Source: Minisyncoccia bacterium (GTDB lineage: Bacteria; Patescibacteriota; Minisyncoccia; Phycocordibacterales; CAIZLB01). Taken from it: DNA of 64,000 bases. Location of the stretch: NCBI GenBank assembly GCA_041752275.1, contig JBGSHK010000008.1, positions 70,543 through 134,542 on the forward strand. The letters run 5' to 3'. The notes beneath the pieces were generated by a model. It searched no databases. It was not told where the DNA came from and saw nothing but the letters and a program-made list of their open reading frames with translations. Below are positions 27,283 to 36,304 of this stretch, piece after piece. Within the stretch, counting starts at the first letter, position 1, and each line of letters opens with the position of its first letter. Made by a program: the position numbers and the translations under genes.

Positions 27283-27790
27283 GATCGTTTGGATCTAGAT
27301 ATTCTATATCTTTAGCTTTGTCTATAAAAAGTTCTCCTTTGAGATGGTCACATTCATGTTGAAATATATGAGCCAAAAGTCCACCAGCACCACGTGATTG
27401 TTTTGTTCCATTTTCATCATAGTATTCTAGAGTGACATTAGTTGATCTAAGTACTCGACCATAAAACCAACGAACAGAAAGACAACCTTCACCGTCAAGC
27501 CATTTTTTTGTTTTAGAAAATTTTACTATTTTTGGATTTATACAAACTATATCTTTATCGGCCATTTTTTCTCCTTTAACAAGGACTCTTTTTGAAACTA
27601 TAAATATTTGCAGCGGTAGATTTACCTGAGGTGCGGCCAATCCAACACCGTCGCCAATAGAGGCTAAAGTCTCTTTCATATCTGCTATGATTTTTTGTAT
27701 TTTAGGATTTTTAATATCATCTATCGGCACCAGGTTTGCAGGTGTGTCGAGTATAGGATTTCCTTTTTCTATAATAGTAAGAATAGACAT
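27275..27790 (-). CDS. def: Peptide deformylase.
   Basis: GVGLAAPQV, EGCLSV and HECDHL motifs. Confidence 0.9.
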   Translation of the reverse strand: MSILTIIEKGNPILDTPANLVPIDDIKNPKIQKIIADMKETLASIGDGVGLAAPQVNLPLQIFIVSKRVLVKGEKMADKDIVCINPKIVKFSKTKKWLDGEGCLSVRWFYGRVLRSTNVTLEYYDENGTKQSRGAGGLLAHIFQHECDHLKGELFIDKAKDIEYLDPNDHE

Positions 27791-27802
27791 ATATTGATAT
27801 TA

Positions 27803-29434
27803 CTACAGTAGTTTTCTACTATCAACCTCAATTTTTATATATTGAGGCAGGGATTTTAGATAATATATAATCGGATTTTTCAAATAATCTTTTTTACCTA
27901 TGAGTATATGTATGGTTGTTTTTATCTTGTCGTCAGCTTCAAAAAAGGTTGTATAATGTTTTAAATATTCTTTTATTGTTTCTAAAAGTTTTATACTTTT
28001 TTCTGTTGGAATGGATATTTGTATATGAGTAGAGTAAGGGGGTAGGTTTAACTCTTTTAATTCATCTTCATTTTTTATTTTATTTATATTATTTTCTTGG
28101 AGATTTTTCCAAAAAAGATTTTCTATATCCCGAGTTTGTATTATGAAGTTTTTATTTGTTTGATGTGATAGTAATGATATTTTTTTATACACCTCATACT
28201 CCATAGAATGAAGTGGTATCGCAAATAAACTTTCAAAAGATACAACTGCTATATTATCAAACTTGAAATCAAGGCCAATACTTTGATTTATTAAATAATC
28301 ATTACCTATAAAGATTGTGGACTTTTTCTTGTCTTTATTGTTTATATATTCGTTTAAAGTTTTTTTAACCTGGCTTTTAGTGTTGTTTTCATTGTCTATT
28401 TTTATTATGTCTATGTCAAATTCTTTTTGTATTTCTTTATATATAACTTCAATAGACGCTCCAAGTGGTAAAAGATTTTCATTTGAGCAAATAGGGCAGG
28501 GTGCATCTATTTTTATAGGGACATGATTATTTTTACATTTAAAAACATAAGCATTTCCTTTAAGATCTATTTCCAAATCTTCAAAACACTTAGGGCAACG
28601 CATCACATGCTTACAGTCAGGACATATAGTTTTAGGTGCATAACCTTTTTTCAGGGTATATAGTAAAAATGATTCGTTATTTTTCTCACTTTTTTTGAGA
28701 GCTGAAAAAAGTTCAGGTGAAATAAGGTTTAGTCTGTCTTTATATACTTCATTGTCTAAATTTTTCTTTTTTATAGCAGTTCTGTTTTGTGAACTTTGTT
28801 CTATTATATATAAGTTTTTGTTTTTTAGCTCAAGCTTTGTTTCTATTTCGTTTAGTTTTATTTTTCGTCTTGTACAGTATTCTTTTATAAAATATCTATA
28901 ATCAAACTTTTTGAATAAATGACGATAGTATTCTGACTCGGCTGAGTATATATTTATAGTTTTTATTGTCTCAGTATCTATTTTATACAGGTCTATAGGT
29001 AATATTTTATTTTCTAAAGAATTCGCTTGTAAATATTCTTGTACAGGAAAAATATTTATTTCTTTGGTATATGATTTTGTTATCTCTATACTATTGGATA
29101 AATTTTCTAGTATCTTTTTAGGAATCATTTCTGAAAATACTTCGCCAAATGGTTTTATATAATAGTTAGCAGTTTTAAGTACGGAAAAAATAAAATCTTG
29201 ACTGAAAAGATTCAGCCTGTTTATTTTTTCAATTTTTCTTATTGTAAAGTTTTGCGATTTTATAAACTCTTTGGCTTCATTTACAGAAATAACAGAATCA
29301 ACTACCACCCAGATCTTTCTGTTTTGTAGTGGTGCTTCTATTATATCGGCAATCTCAACATCTTCATTTATCCAATAGGTTAATGAATCAGAAAAAGTTT
29401 TTTTTAGTATGGGGTAGACTTTGATACATTTCAT
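27803..29434 (-). CDS. PriA-like primosomal protein homolog with a Cys4-Cys4 zinc-binding region and no recognisable helicase ATPase motifs. Start uncertain, with alternative Met codons at 29464 and 29497.
   Basis: CPDCKHVMRCPKC...FKCKNNH...CPICS zinc-ribbon pattern typical of PriA. Conserved priA-def-fmt gene order. I found no GxxxxGK[ST] or DExH motif. Confidence 0.45.
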   Translation of the reverse strand: MKCIKVYPILKKTFSDSLTYWINEDVEIADIIEAPLQNRKIWVVVDSVISVNEAKEFIKSQNFTIRKIEKINRLNLFSQDFIFSVLKTANYYIKPFGEVFSEMIPKKILENLSNSIEITKSYTKEINIFPVQEYLQANSLENKILPIDLYKIDTETIKTINIYSAESEYYRHLFKKFDYRYFIKEYCTRRKIKLNEIETKLELKNKNLYIIEQSSQNRTAIKKKNLDNEVYKDRLNLISPELFSALKKSEKNNESFLLYTLKKGYAPKTICPDCKHVMRCPKCFEDLEIDLKGNAYVFKCKNNHVPIKIDAPCPICSNENLLPLGASIEVIYKEIQKEFDIDIIKIDNENNTKSQVKKTLNEYINNKDKKKSTIFIGNDYLINQSIGLDFKFDNIAVVSFESLFAIPLHSMEYEVYKKISLLSHQTNKNFIIQTRDIENLFWKNLQENNINKIKNEDELKELNLPPYSTHIQISIPTEKSIKLLETIKEYLKHYTTFFEADDKIKTTIHILIGKKDYLKNPIIYYLKSLPQYIKIEVDSRKLL

Positions 29435-29464
29435 AATAGGAATATATGTATTATAATAACACAT

Positions 29465-30997
29465 ATGAAACCCGAAGAAGATTATATAGAAACACATAGT
29501 ACAGATTCAAGTATTTTTAAAGTTTATCCAAAGCAAGTTATTTTTCCGAAAGACGAAATAGAAATAGTTGATATTATAAAGCATGCAAAGGTAAATAAAA
29601 GGCATATATCAGTGCGTGCCGGTGGAAGTTGCATGGATGGAGGATCGTTGAACAATGATATTATAATGAATTTAACCAGGCATTTTACTGATATAAAAAT
29701 AAATCAATACGCCAAGTCAGTTGATATTGATATGGGTGTTTACTATAGAGATCTTGAACATGAAGTGTCAAAACTTGGACTTATGTTTGCACCATATACA
29801 TCGTCAAAAGACGTTTGCGGTATAGGTGGTATGCTTGGAAACAACGCGTCAGGTGAGAAAAGTATACGCTTCGGTGCAACTATAGATAACGTTTTATCTG
29901 CTCGTGTTTTTTTGTCCGACGGTAACTTGTATAACTTTGAAGAAATAACTGAAGATCAATGTTTAAAGTTGTCAGAGCAAAAAACTTTTATTGGAAATAT
30001 TCATAAAGAAATACGGGAAATATATAAAAATTATGCAAATGATTATGTAGAAGCTATTGGCAATGTCATCAAATCAGCTTCGGGCTATAAACTTGATAAG
30101 ATATTTAATAAAGAAAAAAATACTTGGAACTTGGCAAAGATTTTTATAGGAGCTCAGTCAACTTTGGGTATTATTCATTCTGCTAAACTTAAACTTGTAG
30201 ATATGCCAACTCACACAAGACTTATTGCCATACCTGTCAACTCCCTTGCCTCATTGCCACTCTTGTTGCAAAAAATAATGCAAAATGATCCAGAAAGTGT
30301 TGAAACATTTGATGTAAACACTTACATATCAGCAAAACCATTTTTACCTGAGGATACTTTGAAAATACAAAAATATTTTGCAAACGGTGAGCATCTCATA
30401 ATCCTGGCTCAGTTTGACGAAGACGATTTGGCTCATAAAGTTTTTTTGGAGTTGAAAGAAGTAGAACCTAAAACAGAATATATATATGATGATTCTGTTG
30501 CTACAAGTTTATGGAAAGTTAGACGATCATCTTTTGGTGTGATGAGAGATAGGGTTTATGATAAAGTGACAAAAAAAGCTGTGCCTTGTATAGAAGATAT
30601 TATTGTTCCTATAGATAAGTTTGATGAGTTCATACCAAGACTTATGGAGATCTTAAATCTGAACAATATAGAATATGGATATCACGGTCATATAGGGGAT
30701 GGTGCTATAAGAGTTATACCTATCATAGACTTTGAACATCATAAAAAAGCAATAGAGAAAATAGTGTTGTTATGTGATCAGGTTTTTGATCTCGTGAAAG
30801 AGATGGGTGGAAACATGTCCGCGGACCACAGTGATGGAATAATAAGAACACCTTTTTTGAAAGAGTTTTATGGTGTTGATCTTTATGAGGGGGTGGTTGT
30901 GGGGATTAAAAATCTGTTTGATCCAGATAGGATTTTTAATCCAGGGAAGAAGGTGGGGTTGAGGAAGGAGGATTTGGAAGGGTTTGGGTTGAGATAA
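29465..30997 (+). CDS. FAD-linked oxidase (GlcD/D-lactate dehydrogenase-like).
   Basis: FAD-binding PCMH-type N-domain VRAGGSCMDGGSLNNDIIMNL. About 500 aa, typical of the family. Confidence 0.7.
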   Translation: MKPEEDYIETHSTDSSIFKVYPKQVIFPKDEIEIVDIIKHAKVNKRHISVRAGGSCMDGGSLNNDIIMNLTRHFTDIKINQYAKSVDIDMGVYYRDLEHEVSKLGLMFAPYTSSKDVCGIGGMLGNNASGEKSIRFGATIDNVLSARVFLSDGNLYNFEEITEDQCLKLSEQKTFIGNIHKEIREIYKNYANDYVEAIGNVIKSASGYKLDKIFNKEKNTWNLAKIFIGAQSTLGIIHSAKLKLVDMPTHTRLIAIPVNSLASLPLLLQKIMQNDPESVETFDVNTYISAKPFLPEDTLKIQKYFANGEHLIILAQFDEDDLAHKVFLELKEVEPKTEYIYDDSVATSLWKVRRSSFGVMRDRVYDKVTKKAVPCIEDIIVPIDKFDEFIPRLMEILNLNNIEYGYHGHIGDGAIRVIPIIDFEHHKKAIEKIVLLCDQVFDLVKEMGGNMSADHSDGIIRTPFLKEFYGVDLYEGVVVGIKNLFDPDRIFNPGKKVGLRKEDLEGFGLR

Positions 30998-31001
30998 CAG
31001 G

Positions 31002-31292
31002 TTATTCCTTATTCTCAGCTATTCTAGGTAAATCATTTCTAATAAAATCTTCTATATCTCCATCTGGTGTGTCAAAAACCGTATTGCTATCATTTGTTGT
31101 ACTACCTATAACAAGATGCCACAATAAACAGTGTTGATATTGACCTGATGTATATTTCCGTTGAATTTTTTCATAGAATTTTTGTATTTCTGGGTCAAAA
31201 TATTTAAGTTCTATTTTGTTTATTGAGTTAAGAAATAATTCTCTGACTTCTGTGTACTTATCTTTATTTGATTCTTGTGAATATGATTCCAT
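31002..31292 (-). CDS. Hypothetical protein.
   Basis: 96-aa ORF. Confidence 0.3.
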   Translation of the reverse strand: MESYSQESNKDKYTEVRELFLNSINKIELKYFDPEIQKFYEKIQRKYTSGQYQHCLLWHLVIGSTTNDSNTVFDTPDGDIEDFIRNDLPRIAENKE

Positions 31293-31344
31293 TTAGCTAG
31301 TATACCATAGATTCAGATTTGTTATAAACTATAAAAAATAAACC

Positions 31345-32709
31345 CTAAAACACCACCGTCATAGTCGTTCCACAATTAAACTCACTCTCAACAAATATTT
31401 TTCCACCTAAATATTTCTCCGTATAATACTTCGCTGAAGATAAGCCTACACCGCAATTTTCTTTTTCTTTATTTTTACTCGAGTAAAAATGATCAAATAT
31501 AATCTCAAGATTTTCATCTTTGATACCAATGCCATTGTCGGACACGGATACATAGTTTTTATTACCATGTTTACCTAAAAGTATTTCAATCTGATATTTT
31601 TCCTTATAATTTACTTCTTTGTCCTGCAAACAAGCTTCATATGCATTTGATATTAAATTTAAAATTATATGATTTAGTATCGATTTTTTTGTATACAGTA
31701 TTTGATCCACAACACTTTCATATTTTACTATTATTTCAACCTCATTTTTAAAATAATTATTCTTTACAAGTTGAATCAATTCATTTACTTCTGTAACAAG
31801 GTTAAACTTCTCATCCTCAATCTTAAGCCCTATTTGTTTTCTTATATTTTGCAACATAGATACGAGTTTTTCATGTGTATTTTTAATACTTAAAATTGTA
31901 TTTTTTAATTCTTTATCTGTTGATATGTTTTCATGATTTAAATTTTCTAAATGAAGACTCATTGTCTGTATAGGTGTTATGAGATCATGATAAAGTCCAC
32001 CAGATAATTTACCAAATTCTATCATGTGATACATTTTAGATATTTTTTCCATTTGCATTTGTTTTATTTCATATGTTTTTTCTCTAACGATTATCTCTAG
32101 ATTATCTCTTTCTTTTTTGAGAATATTTTCAACTCTCATAGCTCTATTTAAGGTTTTATTTTGTTCTTGATTAAATTTTATTAATAAGAATGATATAAAA
32201 ATAAACATTATTGAAAATTCTATAATATCATTTATTCCAAAAGATGAATTGTTATGCCAAGATGTTTTTATATTTAAATAATTACGCAAATAATTTCCAA
32301 TAAAAATTGAAGCTATCAAAATAAAATTATAGATAAAATTTTCCTTAGTTTTTGAAGTTAGTGACAGTATAACAACACAAAATAAATATGAGATTAAAAT
32401 AGAAGGTAAATCAAAACCCCACCATATACCGGCTATAAAATTTAAAATTAATATTGTTGATATTAGTATAATTTTTGATAAATAAATTTTATTTTTTAAA
32501 TTTAAAATATAAGAAATTAAGAATATTATAGGAATAATTATGGAAAAATATAAAGGAAATAATTTTACTGTTTTATTTTCTATAAAATTATTTATATAAC
32601 TTAAGATTAAAAGTATTGAATATAATACAGAAAAACATAAAGCAAATATGTTTACATAAGACAATATTAACTTTATGCGATTTTTTTCTGCATTATTTAT
32701 ATAATTCAT
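31345..32709 (-). CDS. Membrane sensor histidine kinase.
   Basis: About 6 N-terminal TM helices. H-box GGLYHDLITPIQTM. HATPase motifs VSDNGIGI and GVGLSSAKYY. Confidence 0.75.
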   Translation of the reverse strand: MNYINNAEKNRIKLILSYVNIFALCFSVLYSILLILSYINNFIENKTVKLFPLYFSIIIPIIFLISYILNLKNKIYLSKIILISTILILNFIAGIWWGFDLPSILISYLFCVVILSLTSKTKENFIYNFILIASIFIGNYLRNYLNIKTSWHNNSSFGINDIIEFSIMFIFISFLLIKFNQEQNKTLNRAMRVENILKKERDNLEIIVREKTYEIKQMQMEKISKMYHMIEFGKLSGGLYHDLITPIQTMSLHLENLNHENISTDKELKNTILSIKNTHEKLVSMLQNIRKQIGLKIEDEKFNLVTEVNELIQLVKNNYFKNEVEIIVKYESVVDQILYTKKSILNHIILNLISNAYEACLQDKEVNYKEKYQIEILLGKHGNKNYVSVSDNGIGIKDENLEIIFDHFYSSKNKEKENCGVGLSSAKYYTEKYLGGKIFVESEFNCGTTMTVVF

Positions 32710-32956
32710 ATCTATAAATATACATATTTAATTATTCCAAGGCAAAGAGGTGATGTTTTTCATATTTTTATTTCCATAATCTTTAAAATAATATGTGAAT
32801 CGATTAAGTTCACGTATTTATTATATATAAGTCTATATTAAATAAATTTTAAGAAATAATAAAGATTTAAAAGTAAAAATAAACCTTAACGGTAGTCTGA
32901 AAATAAATATATAAATATTTTGCCCCCGACCCACCCCTCATGCTACAATACTCCAT

Positions 32957-33565
32957 ATGATAATAAACTTTTACGGCAATCAATTTACAAAACTTCAAGT
33001 AGGGGACACAACCCTAGCCTTGGACCCTTTCAAGGGCACAAAGTTCGGGGCTGACATCGTTCTTCAAACTACTCTACATGAAGATATGGGTGCGGGTGAA
33101 GATATGTTTTTTGGTAACAAAGTACCACATATTATAAAAGGACCAGGCGAGTATGAAGTAAAAAATATATTTATAAAAGGTCATGAAGCCTATACTAACT
33201 ATGATGGTATTGATCATATCTCAGGCACCACTTACTATACTTTTGAGTTTGACGGTATGAGAATACTTTTCTTAGGCGCGGCCGCAAAATCAGAAAAGAA
33301 AATCATCCTCGATGGGGAAGTAGATATTATTTTTATACCCGTATCAGGAGATGGACGTTTTTCTGCAAAAGAGGCAGCGGCTTTTTTGAAAGATATTGAT
33401 TGTAAAGCGGTTATACCTATGGGATTCACAGACAGTAAAGACAAATGTTTAGAAGATTTTATAAAGGAAACTGGATCAGAAAAAACAGAGGTGATTGATA
33501 AATTAACAATAAAGAAAAAAGATTTAGATGGTCAAGATCAAAAAGTATATATTATTAAATCATAG
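32957..33565 (+). CDS. MBL-fold (UPF0173-like) protein with a divergent metal-binding motif.
   Basis: TTLALDPF and later blocks resemble UPF0173 metallo-hydrolases. The expected HxHxDH is replaced by TLHEDM. Confidence 0.45.
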   Translation: MIINFYGNQFTKLQVGDTTLALDPFKGTKFGADIVLQTTLHEDMGAGEDMFFGNKVPHIIKGPGEYEVKNIFIKGHEAYTNYDGIDHISGTTYYTFEFDGMRILFLGAAAKSEKKIILDGEVDIIFIPVSGDGRFSAKEAAAFLKDIDCKAVIPMGFTDSKDKCLEDFIKETGSEKTEVIDKLTIKKKDLDGQDQKVYIIKS

Positions 33566-33583
33566 TATTGTATAATAAAAGTA

Positions 33584-33904
33584 ATGAATAATATTAATTA
33601 TCGAAATGAACTTTTGCATCACAAGCTACATAGACATGCAAAACATCATGTTCATAGACTTCGAGGTAAGTCAGAGGCACATAGAAAAGCCTTTGCTTTT
33701 TCTTTTGCTTTTACTATAACTTTTGTTATTTTTACACTTTGGTATTTTTTATCTCTACCAAAGATATTGGAAAGTTATGAGGTTACCAAGTCTGAAAATG
33801 AAAGGTTAAATGAAGATATTTTTGGTAAATTAAAAAATGCATTTACAGGATCGGATATAGAAAGTGGTGGATTAAATATAGAAATTAGTGAATATAATAA
33901 ATAA
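33584..33904 (+). CDS. Small membrane protein with a His-rich N-terminus.
   Basis: HHKLHRHAKHHVHRLRG followed by one TM helix. Confidence 0.3.
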   Translation: MNNINYRNELLHHKLHRHAKHHVHRLRGKSEAHRKAFAFSFAFTITFVIFTLWYFLSLPKILESYEVTKSENERLNEDIFGKLKNAFTGSDIESGGLNIEISEYNK

Positions 33905-36269
33905 ATATATAAAAACAATGAAAACAATAAAAATAATCACATTAATCTTTATCTTCGTATCAACTTTAAGTTATAAGGGTGGTATTGAAGCGTCAGTTAT
34001 ACAGGCTGATCCAAATTATGTGGCCGAATTTGAAACTGTAGCCAACACTACTATTGATCATGACTCCAGCGTAACAAATTCAAATTTAACTACTATTGTA
34101 GAAAATGATGATAAAATCATAACATTTGCTACTTATTTTGATACAATAAATTTGAGTGGTTATTTGTATTTATTACGTCTAAACAAAGATAGAACTATAG
34201 ATAATACTTTTAGTAAATATAATTATGGTGTGCAAAATGAAACAGCTTTATATGGTCTTACAAAGCAATCAGATAGTAAACTCCTTTTAGGAGGAAGAAA
34301 CGTGGAAGGTTATGGATATAAAATATTGATTAGATTAAACGCTGACGGAACTGTTGATTCAGGTTTTAGTCAAGGTTTTAGTGATCTTGAAGATGCTGAG
34401 CAAGTAGAACAAATAATAATGCAACCCGATAATAAAATCTTAGTAAGAGGAACTTTTCTTAGATACAATGGTTTTAATAGAAAGTATTTAACACGTTTAA
34501 ATACTGATGGAACTCGTGATACAGGATTCAATTTAGGTACAGGATTTAGTTCCAGTGTATCAAATATAGTTCTACAGGATGATGGCAAAATAATAGCTGT
34601 TGGTAATTTTATAACATACAGTGGAGTATCTGCAAATCGTATAATACGTCTAAACTCTGATGGAACGAGAGATAATACTTTTGATATGGGTACAGGTTTT
34701 GATCAGAATCCTACTAAAACATTAATACAGTCTGATGGTAAAATATTAGTATTTGGGAATTTTACAACATACAACGGAGTATCCGCAAATCGAATAATAC
34801 GCCTAAATAGTGATGGAAGTAGAGATAATACTTTTGATATGGGTACAGGTTTTAATAGTAGACCAACTATAGTCTTACAAGATGATGGTAAAATATTGGC
34901 TGTCGGACATTTTATAACATACAACGGAGTATCTGCAAATCGAATAATACGTCTAAACTCTGATGGAACGAGAGATAATACTTTTGATATGGGTACAGGT
35001 TTTTCTGCTGAACCTATTTTTGTAAAAATACAATCAGATGGTAAATATTTAATTAGTGCAAGATTTCCTGGGATAACATATAACGGAGTATCTACAAATG
35101 GTTTAATACGTCTAAATACTGATGGAAGTCGTGATACTACTTTTGACATAGGTACAGGCTTTGGTGTTATTGTGTCAGAAGCAATAATACAAAACAACGG
35201 TGATATACTTGTAGGAGGATCACTTCAGAACTACAATGGTTCCCCAGTAAAAAACCTCATCCGCCTAGAAAAAGACATAGTTTCAACACCTACAAATCCA
35301 GTAGACTTAAAAACATCATCAGACACAGGAACATCAACCATAGACAATATAACAAATGACAACACTCCAACATTTACACTAGGATGTGATGCAACTGCAT
35401 ACACTGTATCTTTGTATATAAACAGTGTGTTAAATGCAACAACAACATGTTCTTCAGCTTCAGTTGACATTACTACAGCAACAACATTAACAGATGATGT
35501 ATACACAGTACAATACAGTCAATCAAATAACATAAGAGAAACAACACTTTCACCATCCATATCTGTTACTGTAGATACTACAGACCCAACAACATCTATT
35601 GTATCTGTAGATACAGACTCAACCTCACCTTACAGTAGCTTAAACACATCACCTCAAATAGCTCTATCTTCTGTTGTAGATGACACTATCTCAATACCTG
35701 ACTTCACATGTTTGCCAACACCGGCAACAAGTCTTGTTGTTGTATGTACAAGAACAACTCCATATTCAATAGGAGCTAAGACAGAGATTGTAACTATTCA
35801 AGACCTTGCAGGTAATCAGGCAACTACATCTATATCATTTAGTATAGAATCAGCACCTGTTGTCTCATCAGGTGGGGGAGGAGGTTTCTCTGGTGGTGGA
35901 TCTTCATCATCATATGTACATCCTTCACTAACATCATTTACAACAACAAATAACACTCAAGCGACATCAACACTCAACCCTATTTCAACATCAACAACTT
36001 CAACAACATCAAACATCGCAAACATCATTTTCTCAACAAATCTTAGACAAAACTCAAGAGGTCAAGATGTAAAAAACCTACAAATATTTCTAAACACTAC
36101 GGGATACATAGTCTCAACAAGAGGCAACGGATCAAAAGGAAATGAGACAAACTTCTTCGGTCCTGCAACACGTGCAGCTTTGATAAGATTTCAAAAAGCA
36201 TACAATATTAAACCTGCATACGGTTTCTTTGGACCTATTACAAGAAATGTGATCAACGGTTTGAAATAG
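33888..36269 (+). CDS. Secreted surface protein: delta-60/propeller-type repeats, Thr/Ser-rich Ig-like region, Gly linker and a C-terminal peptidoglycan-binding domain.
   Basis: Signal peptide. At least 6 repeats of ...RIIRLNSDGTRDNTFDMGTGF.... GGGGGFSGGGSSSS linker. C-terminal QDVKNLQIFLN...FFGPATRAALIRFQKAYNI is PG_binding_1-like. Confidence 0.6.
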   Translation: MNIINKYIKTMKTIKIITLIFIFVSTLSYKGGIEASVIQADPNYVAEFETVANTTIDHDSSVTNSNLTTIVENDDKIITFATYFDTINLSGYLYLLRLNKDRTIDNTFSKYNYGVQNETALYGLTKQSDSKLLLGGRNVEGYGYKILIRLNADGTVDSGFSQGFSDLEDAEQVEQIIMQPDNKILVRGTFLRYNGFNRKYLTRLNTDGTRDTGFNLGTGFSSSVSNIVLQDDGKIIAVGNFITYSGVSANRIIRLNSDGTRDNTFDMGTGFDQNPTKTLIQSDGKILVFGNFTTYNGVSANRIIRLNSDGSRDNTFDMGTGFNSRPTIVLQDDGKILAVGHFITYNGVSANRIIRLNSDGTRDNTFDMGTGFSAEPIFVKIQSDGKYLISARFPGITYNGVSTNGLIRLNTDGSRDTTFDIGTGFGVIVSEAIIQNNGDILVGGSLQNYNGSPVKNLIRLEKDIVSTPTNPVDLKTSSDTGTSTIDNITNDNTPTFTLGCDATAYTVSLYINSVLNATTTCSSASVDITTATTLTDDVYTVQYSQSNNIRETTLSPSISVTVDTTDPTTSIVSVDTDSTSPYSSLNTSPQIALSSVVDDTISIPDFTCLPTPATSLVVVCTRTTPYSIGAKTEIVTIQDLAGNQATTSISFSIESAPVVSSGGGGGFSGGGSSSSYVHPSLTSFTTTNNTQATSTLNPISTSTTSTTSNIANIIFSTNLRQNSRGQDVKNLQIFLNTTGYIVSTRGNGSKGNETNFFGPATRAALIRFQKAYNIKPAYGFFGPITRNVINGLK

Positions 36270-36304
36270 ATGATGTTGGATGTTAAGTGTGGTATGATGG
36301 TGTA

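Noticed and set aside
29434-29497. Apparent 33-nt divergent overlap between the priA-like and FAD-oxidase coding regions
   Set aside because: It disappears if the priA-like protein starts at an internal Met (29464 or 29434). The first 11-21 residues of the long ORF are hydrophobic low-complexity and unlikely to be translated.
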